The notes beneath the pieces were generated by a model that did not search any database, was not told the DNA's origin, and saw nothing but the letters and a program-made list of their open reading frames with translations. DNA of 64,000 nt from assembly GCA_032718475.1 (NCBI GenBank), contig JAUCBJ010000166.1:1-64000 (forward strand), in the 5' to 3' direction. Numbering within the stretch: the first letter of the stretch is position 1; every line of letters starts with the position of its first letter. Source of the DNA: Nemertoderma westbladi (lineage: Eukaryota; Animalia; Xenacoelomorpha). A program made the position numbers and the translations under genes. Below are positions 48,801 through 60,534 of the stretch, in pieces.

Positions 48801-51800
48801 ATAATAACGGTTAGTATTGGTAATAATAATAACTATTAGTATTGGTAATAATAATAACGGTTAGTAGTGGTCATAATAATAACGGTTAGTAGTGGTAATA
48901 ATAATAACGGTTAGTAGTGGTAATAATAATAACGGTTAGTAGTGGTAATAATAATAACGGTTAGTATTGGTAATAATAATAACGGTTAGTAGTGGTAATA
49001 ATAATAACGGTTAGTATTGGTAATAATAATAACGGTTAGTAGTGGTCATAATAATAACGGTTAGTATTGGTAATAATAATAACGGTTAGTATTGCTAATA
49101 ATAATAACGGTTAGTAGTGGTAATAATAATAACGTTTAGTAGTGGTAATAATAATAACGGTTAGTAGTGGTAATAATAATAACGGTTAATAGTGGTAATA
49201 ATAATAACGGTTAGTATTGGTAATAATAATAACGGTTAGTATTGCTAATAATAATAACGGTTAGTAGTGGTAATAATAATAACGGTTAGTAGTGGTAATA
49301 ATAATAACGGTTAGTATTGGTAATAATAATAACGGTTAGTATTGCTAATAATAATAACGGTTAGTAGTGGTAATAATAATAACGGTTAGTAGTGGTAATA
49401 ATAATAACGGTTAGTATTGGTAATAATAATAACGGTTAGTAGTGGTAATAATAATAACTATTAGTATTGGTAATAATAATAACGGTTAGTATTGGTAATA
49501 ATAATAACGGTTAGTATTGGTAATAATAATAACGGTTAGTATTGGTAATAATAATAACGGTTAGTATTGGTAATAATAATAACGGTTAGTATTGGTAATA
49601 ATAATAACTATTAGTATTGGTAATAATAATAACGGTTAGTATTGGTAATAATAATAACGGTTAGTATTGGTAATAATAATAACGGTTAGTATTGGTAATA
49701 ATAATAACGGTTAGTAGTGGTAATAATAATAACGGTTAGTATTGGTAATAATAATAACGGTTAGTATTGGTAATAATAATAACGGTTAGTATTGGTAATA
49801 ATAATAACGGTTAGTATTGGTAATAATAATAACGGTTAGTATTGGTAATAATAATAACGGTTAGTATTGGTAATAATAATAACGGTTAGTAGTGGTAATA
49901 ATAATAACGGTTAGTAGTGGTAATAATAATAACGTTTAGTAGTGGTAATAATAATAACGGTTAGTAGTGGTAATAATAATAACGGTTAATAGTGGTAATA
50001 ATAATAACGGTTAGTATTGGTAATAATAATAACGGTTAGTATTGCTAATAATAATAACGGTTAGTAGTGGTAATAATAATAACGGTTAGTAGTGGTAATA
50101 ATAATAACGGTTAGTATTGGTAATAATAATAACGGTTAGTATTGCTAATAATAATAACGGTTAGTAGTGGTAATAATAATAACGGTTAGTAGTGGTAATA
50201 ATAATAACGGTTAGTATTGGTAATAATAATAACGGTTAGTAGTGGTAATAATAATAACTATTAGTATTGGTAATAATAATAACGGTTAGTATTGGTAATA
50301 ATAATAACGGTTAGTATTGGTAATAATAATAACGGTTAGTATTGGTAATAATAATAACGGTTAGTATTGGTAATAATAATAACGGTTAGTATTGGTAATA
50401 ATAATAACTATTAGTATTGGTAATAATAATAACGGTTAGTATTGGTAATAATAATAACGGTTAGTATTGGTAATAATAATAACGGTTAGTATTGGTAATA
50501 ATAATAACGGTTAGTAGTGGTAATAATAATAACGGTTAGTATTGGTAATAATAATAACGGTTAGTATTGGTAATAATAATAACGGTTAGTATTGGTAATA
50601 ATAATAACGGTTAGTATTGGTAATAATAATAACGGTTAGTATTGGTAATAATAATAACGGTTAGTAGTGGTAATAATAATAACGGTTAGTATTGGTAATA
50701 ATAATAACGGTTAATAGTGGTAATAATAATAACGGTTAGTAGTGGTAATAATAATAACGGTTAATAGTGGTAATAATAATAACGGTTAATAGTGGTAATA
50801 ATAATAACTATTAGTATTGGTAATAATAATAACGGCTAGTAGTGGTAATAATAATAACGGTTAATAGTGGTAATAATAATAACGGTTAGTAGTGGTAATA
50901 ATAATAACGGTTAATAGTGGTAATAATAATAACGGTTAATAGTGGTAATAATAATAACTATTAGTATTGGTAATAATAATAACGGCTAGTAGTGGTAATA
51001 ATAATAACGGTTAGTAGTGGTAATAATAATAACGGTTAGTAGTGGTAATAATAATAACGGTTAATAGTGGTAATAATAATAACGGTTAGTAGTGGTAATA
51101 ATAATAACGGTTAGTAGTGGTAATAATAATAACGGTTAGTAATGGTAATAATAATAACGGCTAGTAGTGGTAATAATAATAACGGTTAGTAGTGGTAATA
51201 ATAATAACGGTTAATAGTGGTAATAATAATAACGGTTAATAGTGGTAATAATAATAACTATTAGTATTGGTAATAATAATAACGGCTAGTAGTGGTAATA
51301 ATAATAACGGTTAATAGTGGTAATAATAATAACGGTTAATAGTGGTAATAATAATAACGGCTAGTAGTGGTAATAATAATAACGGTTAGTAGTGGTAATA
51401 ATAATAACGGTTAATAGTGGTAATAATAATAACGGTTAATAGTGGTAATAATAATAACTATTAGTATTGGTAATAATAATAACGGCTAGTAGTGGTAATA
51501 ATAATAACGGTTAATAGTGGTAATAATAATAACGGTTAATAGTGGTAATAATAATAACGGTTAGTATTGGTAATAATAATAACGGTTAGTATTGGTAATA
51601 ATAATAACGGTTAGTAGTGGTAATAATAATAACGGTTAATAGTGGTAATAATAATAACGGTTAATAGTGGTAATAATAATAACTATTAGTATTGGTAATA
51701 ATAATAACGGCTAGTAGTGGTAATAATAATAACGGTTAATAGTGGTAATAATAATAACGGTTAATAGTGGTAATAATAATAACGGTTAATAGTGGTAATA

Positions 51801-52524
51801 ATAATAACTATTAGTATTGGTAATAATAATAACGGCTAGTAGTGGTAATAATAATAACGGTTAATAGTGGTAATAATAATAACGGTTAATAGTGGTAATA
51901 ATAATAACGGTTAATAGTGGTAATAATAATAACTATTAGTATTGGTAATAATAATAACGGCTAGTAGTGGTAATAATAATAACGGTTAATAGTGGTAATA
52001 ATAATAACGGTTAATAGTGGTAATAATAATAACGGTTAATAGTGGTAATAATAATAACTATTAGTATTGGTAATAATAATAACGGTTAGTAGTGGTAATT
52101 ATAATAACGGTTAGTAGTGGTAATAATAATAACGGTTAGTATTGGTAATAATAATAACGGTTAGTAGTGGTAATAATAATAACGGTTAGTATTGGTAATA
52201 ATAATAACGGTTAGTATTGGTAATAATAATAACGGTTAGTAGTGGTAATTATAATAACGGTTAGTAGTGGTAATAATAATAACGGTTAGTATTGGTAATA
52301 ATAATAACGGTTAGTAGTGGTAATAATAATAACGGTTAGTATTGGTAATAATAATAACGGTTAGTATTGGTAATAATAATAACGGTTAGTATTGGTAATA
52401 ATAATAACGGTTAGTAGTGGTAATAATAATAACGGTTAGTATTGGTAATAATAATAACGGTTAATAGTGGTAATAATAATAACGGTTAGTATTGGTAATA
52501 ATAATAACGGTTAGTAGTGGTAAT
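45892..52524. repeat. 25-bp satellite, about 265 copies (6.6 kb)
   Basis: Unit taataataataacggttagtaKtgg, with variants in regional blocks. Confidence 0.97.
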
Positions 52525-52619
52525 CTTGCGGTTTTTATTAATTAAGAAGATTTAGAAGAATAATTTTTATTCTCATTATATAATTTTTAATTAAGTTGGT
52601 GAATAAACTAATTTTGTAG

Positions 52620-55600
52620 AAACGTACAGAGTTAATGTCGGATGGCGAGTGTGGATGTGTTAAGTACCAGGTTAGGTTTACTATGAAACGTACAGAGTTA
52701 ATGTCGGATGGCGAGTGTGGATGTGTTAAGTACCAGGTTAGGTTTACTATGAAACGTACAGAGTTAATGGCGGATGGCGAGTGTGGATGTGTTAAGTGCC
52801 AGGTTAGGTTTACTATGAAACGTACAGAGTTAATGGCGGATGGCGAGTGTGGATGTGTTAAGTACCAGGTTAGGTTTACTATGAAACGTACAGAGTTAAT
52901 GGCGGATGGCGAGTGTGGATGTGTTAAGTACCAGGTTAGGTTTACTATGAAACGTACAGAGTTAATGGTGGATGGCGAGTGTGGATGTGTTAAGTACCAG
53001 GTTAGGTTTACTATGAAACGTACAGAGTTAATGTCGGATGGCGAGTGTGGATGTGTTAAGTACCAGGTTAGGTTTACTATGAAACGTACAGAGTTAATGT
53101 CGGATGGCGAGTGTGGATGTGTTAAGTACCAGGTTAGGTTTACTATGAAACGTACAGAGTTAATGGCGGATGGCGAGTGTGGATGTGTTAAGTACCAGGT
53201 TAGGTTTACTATGAAACGTACAGAGTTAATGGTGGATGGCGAGTGTGGATGTGTTAAGTACCAGGTTAGGTTTACTATGAAACGTACAGAGTTAATGTCG
53301 GATGGCGAGTGTGGATGTGTTAAGTACCAGGTTAGGTTTACTATGAAACGTACAGAGTTAATGTCGGATGGCGAGTGTGGATGTGTTAAGTACCAGGTTA
53401 GGTTTACTATGAAACGTACAGAGTTAATGTCGGATGGCGAGTGTGGATGTGTTAAGTACCAGGTTAGGTTTACTATGAAACGTACAGAGTTAATGTCGGA
53501 TGGCGAGTGTGGATGTGTTAAGTACCAGGTTAGGTTTACTATGAAACGTACAGAGTTAATGTCGGATGGCGAGTGTGGATGTGTTAAGTACCAGGTTAGG
53601 TTTACTATGAAACGTACAGAGTTAATGGCGGATGGCGAGTGTGGATGTGTTAAGTGCCAGGTTAGGTTTACTATGAAACGTACAGAGTTAATGGCGGATG
53701 GCGAGTGTGGATGTGTTAAGTACCAGGTTAGGTTTACTATGAAACGTACAGAGTTAATGGCGGATGGCGAGTGTGGATGTGTTAAGTACCAGGTTAGGTT
53801 TACTATGAAACGTACAGAGTTAATGGTGGATGGCGAGTGTGGATGTGTTAAGTACCAGGTTAGGTTTACTATGAAACGTACAGAGTTAATGTCGGATGGC
53901 GAGTGTGGATGTGTTAAGTACCAGGTTAGGTTTACTATGAAACGTACAGAGTTAATGTCGGATGGCGAGTGTGGATGTGTTAAGTACCAGGTTAGGTTTA
54001 CTATGAAACGTACAGAGTTAATGGCGGATGGCGAGTGTGGATGTGTTAAGTGCCAGGTTAGGTTTACTATGAAACGTACAGAGTTAATGGCGGATGGCGA
54101 GTGTGGATGTGTTAAGTACCAGGTTAGGTTTACTATGAAACGTACAGAGTTAATGGCGGATGGCGAGTGTGGATGTGTTAAGTACCAGGTAGGTTTACTA
54201 TGAAACGTACAGAGTTAATGGCGGATGGCGAGTGTGGATGTGTTAAGTACCAGGTAGGTTTACTATGAAACGTACAGAGTTAATGGCGGATGGCGAGTGT
54301 GGATGTGTTAAGTACCAGGTTAGGTTTACTATGAAACGTACAGAGTTAATGGCGGATGGCGAGTGTGGATGTGTTAAGTGCCAGGTTAGGTTTACTATGA
54401 AACGTACAGAGTTAATGGCGGATGGCGAGTGTGGATGTGTTAAGTACCAGGTTAGGTTTACTATGAAACGTACAGAGTTAATGGCGGATGGCGAGTGTGG
54501 ATGTGTTAAGTACCAGGTTAGGTTTACTATGAAACGTACAGAGTTAATGGCGGATGGCGAGTGTGGATGTGTTAAGTGCCAGGTTAGGTTTACTATGAAA
54601 CGTACAGAGTTAATGGCGGATGGCGAGTGTGGATGTGTTAAGTACCAGGTTAGGTTTACTATGAAACGTACAGAGTTAATGGCGGATGGCGAGTGTGGAT
54701 GTGTTAAGTGCCAGGTTAGGTTTACTATGAAACGTACAGAGTTAATGGCGGATGGCGAGTGTGGATGTGTTAAGTACCAGGTTAGGTTTACTATGAAACG
54801 TACAGAGTTAATGGCGGATGGCGAGTGTGGATGTGTTAAGTACCAGGTTAGGTTTACTATGAAACGTACAGAGTTAATGGCGGATGGCGAGTGTGGATGT
54901 GTTAAGTGCCAGGTTAGGTTTACTATGAAACGTACAGAGTTAATGGCGGATGGCGAGTGTGGATGTGTTAAGTACCAGGTTAGGTTTACTATGAAACGTA
55001 CAGAGTTAATGGCGGATGGCGAGTGTGGATGTGTTAAGTGCCAGGTTAGGTTTACTATGAAACGTACAGAGTTAATGGCGGATGGCGAGTGTGGATGTGT
55101 TAAGTGCCAGGTTAGGTTTACTATGAAACGTACAGAGTTAATGGCGGATGGCGAGTGTGGATGTGTTAAGTACCAGGTTAGGTTTACTATGAAACGTACA
55201 GAGTTAATGGCGGATGGCGAGTGTGGATGTGTTAAGTACCAGGTTAGGTTTACTATGAAACGTTCAGAGTTAATGGCGGATGGCGAGTGTGGATGTGTTA
55301 AGTACCAGGTTAGGTTTACTATGAAACGTACAGAGTTAATGGCGGATGGCGAGTGTGGATGTGTTAAGTACCAGGTTAGGTTTACTATGAAACGTACAGA
55401 GTTAATGGCGGATGGCGAGTGTGGATGTGTTAAGTACCAGGTAGGTTTACTATGAAACGTACAGAGTTAATGGCGGATGGCGAGTGTGGATGTGTTAAGT
55501 GCCAGGTTAGGTTTACTATGAAACGTACAGAGTTAATGGCGGATGGCGAGTGTGGATGTGTTAAGTACCAGGTTAGGTTTACTATGAAACGTACAGAGTT

Positions 55601-56575
55601 AATGGCGGATCGCGAGTGTGGATGTGTTAAGTACCAGGTTAGGTTTACTATGAAACGTACAGAGTTAATGGCGGATGGCGAGTGTGGATGTGTTAAGTGC
55701 CAGGTTAGGTTTCCTATGAAACGTACCGAGTTAATGGCGGATGGCGAGTGTGGATATGTTAAGTACCAGGTTAGGTTTACTATGAAACGTACAGAGTTAA
55801 TGGCGGATGGCGAGTGCGGATGTGTTAAGTACCAGGTTAGGTTTACTATGAAACGCTCAGAGTTAATGGCGGATAGCGAGTGTGGATGTGTTAAGTACCA
55901 GGTTAGGTTTACTATGAAACGTACAGAGTTAATGGCGGATGGCGAGTGCGGATGTGTTAAGCACCAGGTTAGGTTTACTATGAAACGCACAGAGTTAATG
56001 GCGGATGGCGAGTGTGGATGTGTTAAGTACCAGGTTAGGTTTACTATGAAACGTACAGAGTTAATGGCGGATGGCGAGTGTGGATGTGTTAAGTACCAGG
56101 TTAGGTTTACTATGAAACGTACAGAGTTAATGGCGGATGGCGAGTGTGGATGTGTTAAGTACCAGGTTAGGTTTACTATGAAACGTTCAGAGTTAATGGC
56201 GGATGGCGAGTGTGGATGTGTTAAGTACCAGGTTAGGTTTACTATGAAACGTTCAGAGTTAATGGCGGATGGCGAGTGTGGATGTGTTAAGTACCAGGTT
56301 AGGTTTACTATGAAACGCACAGAGTTAATGGCGGATGACGAGTGTGGATGTGTTAAGTACCAGGTTAGGTTTACTATGAAACGTACAGAGTTAATGGCGG
56401 ATGGCGAGTGTGGATGTGTTAAGTACCAGGTTAGGTTTACTATGAAACGTACAGAGTTAATGGCGGATGGCGAGTGTGGATGTGTTAAGCACCAGGTTAG
56501 GTTTACTATGAAACGTACAGAGTTAATGGCGGATGGCGAGTGTGGATGTGTTAAGTACCAGGTTAGGTTTACTAT
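52620..56575 (+). repeat. 66-bp tandem array, about 60 copies, of a putative exon plus splice donor
   Basis: Unit aaacgtacagagttaatgKcggatggcgagtgtggatgtgttaagtaccag|gttaggtttactatg. The first unit directly follows the acceptor ttttgtag. Confidence 0.95.
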
Positions 56576-56606
56576 TGCGTAGAAAACATTTTGTTAACTT
56601 TTACAG

Positions 56607-56701
56607 ATTCCAGTTGCGATGATGGCGACTGTATTGAAATTTGTCACATTAGAAACAAAAAACCGCGACACAGAACAACCTTTAGCTCGTGGCAACTTCA
56701 G
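56607..56701 (+). CDS. Paired-class homeobox gene exon (homeodomain N-terminal arm and start of helix 1); remainder not found in the window
   Basis: ttttacag| to CAG|gtaagt. Translation ..RNKKPRHRTTFSSWQLQ matches the PRD-class pattern RxRTTFsxxQLx. Confidence 0.78.
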
Positions 56702-57440
56702 GTAAGTAATACGTCAGAGAACAATATATACGTCACAGAACAATATATACGTCACAGAACAATATTATACGTCAGAGAACAATATTATACGTCACAGAAC
56801 AATATTATACGTCACAGAACAACCTTTACCTCGTGGCAACTTCAGGTAAGTAATACGTCACAGAACAACCTTTACCTTGTGGCAACTTCAGGTAAGTAAT
56901 ACGTCACAGAACAACCTTTACCTCGTGGCAACTTTAGGTAAGTAATACATCACAGAACAACCTTTACCTCGTGGCAACTTCAGGTAAGTAATACGTCACA
57001 GAACAACCTTTACCTCGTGGCAACTTCAGGTAAGTAATACGTCACAGAACAACCTTTACCTCGTGGCAACTTCAGGTAAGTAATACGTCACAGAACACTA
57101 TTAGGCCTATACGTCACAGACCAATATAAACGTCACAGAATAATATTATACGACACAGAACAATATATACGTCACAGAACAATATATACGTCACAGAACA
57201 ATATATACGACACAGAACAATATATACGTCACAGAACAATATTATACGTCACAGAACAATATTATACGTCACAGAACAATATTATACGTCGCAGAACAAT
57301 ATTATACGTCACAGAACAATATATACGTCACAGAACAAAATATACGTCACAGAACAATATTATACGTCAGAGAACAATATTATACGTCACAGAACAATAT
57401 ATACATCACAGTACAATATATACGTCACAGAACAATATAT
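56702..57440 (+). repeat. Compound array: 46-bp exon-end plus donor unit (6 copies) within 19-20-bp units
   Basis: Units cagaacaacctttacctcgtggcaacttcag|gtaagtaatacgtca and cagaacaatat(t)atacgtca. Confidence 0.92.
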
Positions 57441-57939
57441 ATATAACACATCAAATTAAATTGATCTCATAAATATCTTCAGGTAGTAATTATTATAGCC
57501 TGTTGTTACATTGCATTCGTAGCATTGGCCTTAAGACTGTATTTGTTTTTCAATATCAGTAAATAGGTGTGGTGTGTATGAACTGCTTCAACTCGATTTC
57601 TTTACAATCAATTTTAAGGAATAAAGAGTACATTCAATTTAATTCAGTTCAATAATTTAAACCCACTACAATCAATGGTTCGGGCAACGGCTTATCACTA
57701 GATAACATGAACGTAGTAGTGAGTGAGTGCGAATACATTCTGGAATAGGAAAAGGAATAAAAACAAACTTGAACATTTCTAAGTGAATGTTAACAAAAAA
57801 CCTACGTATTAATATCTTTTTGTTCGAGCGAATATGCAATAAATATTTCAAGGTATAATCATTTAAACCCCACATAATTAATAATACCCACATAATTCAA
57901 CCCCAAGGAGTTAATGAAGGTAATCGGCTTTCACTAAGA

Positions 57940-58425
57940 AGCAGTGCCGGCCGCTGGACCGATTAACTTAGTGCCCCCATATCTTGTTGTCAGCCATGCA
58001 ATTTCCCAGTTCATCCCTATTCTCACCAGCAGCCGGCTGCCTAAGCACAATGTTGTGTACAGGTTGATCCTACCGGCGGAAACATTGTCCAGGAGGCTTC
58101 TTCAGGCGGTGTCTCTACAGGGTGATGCTGGGTCTTAGCAGTGAGATGCCAAAGTTGTATAACACCTCATTGCTTATGTATAAATAATAGGCAATGTTGT
58201 CTAACCGGCACAGCATGCTGGTATTTGTACCATCCATAGGCCTGGTGTCTTCAGCAGTTAGCGCCATGGACTACCTGCTTCAGTCTACGTGCTAATCCAC
58301 GTGAATGAGCACGTGGATGACTTCTGGTACTTGGGATCATGGATCCGAAAGTCAGAGACTTTCGGATACGTAACGGGAATACATGGGCAGCGTTAAATAG
58401 TCTGTCCGGGATTTGGAAGTCCCAT
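57940..58425 (+). mobile_element. Highly decayed RTE-like LINE remnant
   Basis: Traces of VDDFWYLGSWI..WAALNSLSGIWKS near 58310-58420. Confidence 0.5.
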
Positions 58426-59254
58426 AGAATAAAGTAGACAGGAATTCTGTAGGCAGAATTCCGCTGCTATATGCGCGGCTAAATTTATCTATCCCATTTA
58501 TTACTGGAGGGTTTCACGTTGCAGTACTAATGGGATCGCCACAACATAAATAACTGCGCTATATAATTTTTTATTCAAAACCAAATATAATTGTGTAAAT
58601 TGATCTTAAGATATTTATGGTAAATCGTTAAATCCATGACGACATTATTAGTAATCCATTAGAATCTATATCCATTTATGTCTCATAATAATGTAGTCAA
58701 AGTAAATTATAGCACCAATATACTACCGGTATGCTGCATTGCAGCTGCACATTGAGACGATATGCGGGCTTAACAATAAATTTGTGCTACAGGCGTTACT
58801 ACAGTTCTACTCTCCGATGCGGCAGGGAATAGCGTCGACGGTCAAAGCTCTGTACTCTATAAAAAAAAACAAAGATCGAAGGGGCCAAATGAAATTGTCT
58901 TGTAACCCCTACCCAGCCGCTTGATTAACTATAATTATGGCTATACTGTACTGTATGTATACATACATACGTACATATATACAGTTCGAGTTATACTGCT
59001 TAGAGGCTGATATTTTCATAACAGAAAGTATCACCTATGGGCAACATAATTGAAGAATCTCAACTTCTGACGACTAGCCAATGGCATTATAGGATGTCTT
59101 ACGTAGCACAAAGTACCATGACGTCATTAAACTTGAAGTACGAGGAATTGTCAGCCTTGTAAACCCGTTAATAGTGAATTTCAAGGGCTGACAAAATTAC
59201 ATTTGATAAACATTAAACAACCACTGATCTCTTACATATTGAACCATATACAAT

Positions 59255-59809
59255 ACACGAAGTGGGGACTTCGCGCAGCACGAAGTTGGCAGAGCCTTAG
59301 CGAATTGACACTGTTAGGGGGTAGGTCAATTTATGCAAATAGTCACGTTGGCCCTCTAGCGGCAGACTGGAGAACTGCAGATGGATTCGCCTCCTTTGAA
59401 AGTCACAGCTAATGGTCTAATACATATCTGCCAAGTTTCAGCTTAAACGGATTAAAAGCAAAGAAATGGGAGGGCATTTAAAGTTTAGACATGTGGCCCT
59501 CTAGCGGGAGACCATTGCACTGATGGTGTCTGAAAGTCTCTCAAAAATCTCAACTTTTGCTCATATTGATACCTACAAATTTTCAACTTGGCAGCTTTAA
59601 ATCCGACAAAGTTATTAGCATGTCAAAATCGTAACGACGACGACGACGACGACAACGACGACGACGACGACAACGACGACGACGACGACAACGACGACGA
59701 CGACGACGACAACGACGACGACGACGACGACAACTATTTGCATAAATTGACCCACCCCCTAACAGTGTCAATTCGCTAAGGCTCCGCCAACTTCGTGGCT
59801 CGCCTCACA
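59255..59809 (-). mobile_element. HINE-like subfamily element with 65-bp subterminal inverted repeats and a (GAC)n microsatellite
   Basis: Termini ACAcgaagtggggacttcgcgcagc and gctcgcctcACA. Inverted repeats at 59279-59343 and 59733-59797. Confidence 0.8.
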
Positions 59810-60534
59810 ATCGAACGAGGCTTAGACACAGTAAAAAATAACTGTTTTATTTTATATCACATATGATACACAATGCTAACGTGGGGAAACAAAAACTGAC
59901 TACTTGAACAATTTAAGGGTTGGTCCCTTATTTGGTTGATACGCTACCATCGATATGTGCCAGATGTTCAATTTCGGTCGCGATGGTGTGGGGGTTATTT
60001 TTAATTTCTTTGAGATAGGCATTTTTTCCCTACAACAGTTTCTGCAACAGTTATCTGTAGTATTGTAGCAAAAAAATAGCTGTGATGCAGGATTCCAGAA
60101 CTTTTAAATTTTAAAACAGCAAAAATAATGTACTTGTCATCAATGGCATCTAAGCATTGTGGAGAATTCAAGTTTAACATGAAATTGTCCGCTATCATTT
60201 TATGACAGTGATTGCAAAAATGGCAAAATTGCAAAAATTGCAAATCATTTTATAGAGGTAAAAAAAGTGTAGCTTTTTTTGCCTTGAAATATTTATTACA
60301 ATAATACAGGTAGATTTCTATTATTTTTCTTAAAAACCACCAAAAGCATTAAGATCTAATTTGATGTCAAATTTGAATTGATGTAAATTGAAAGCTTTTG
60401 GAGTTATTAAGTTTTTTCAATTTTTCTCATTTGTGAATTTTTTGTCATTCAGCATGACACTCTCTGGTACATGTGCCGTTAGGTTAGGTTACAGATTAAA
60501 AGGGGGTTGAAAGGGCACAGTGGAATAATTAATT

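Noticed and set aside
52635-56582. Stand-alone Cys-rich repeat (metallothionein-like) protein gene
   Set aside because: The unit length is a multiple of 3, so open frames are expected. Three frameshifting deletions and mostly non-synonymous variants argue against protein-level selection. Kept only as a possible by-product.
59583-59779. Poly-Asp and protamine-like Arg/Cys ORFs
   Set aside because: Translations of the (GAC)n microsatellite inside a transposon.
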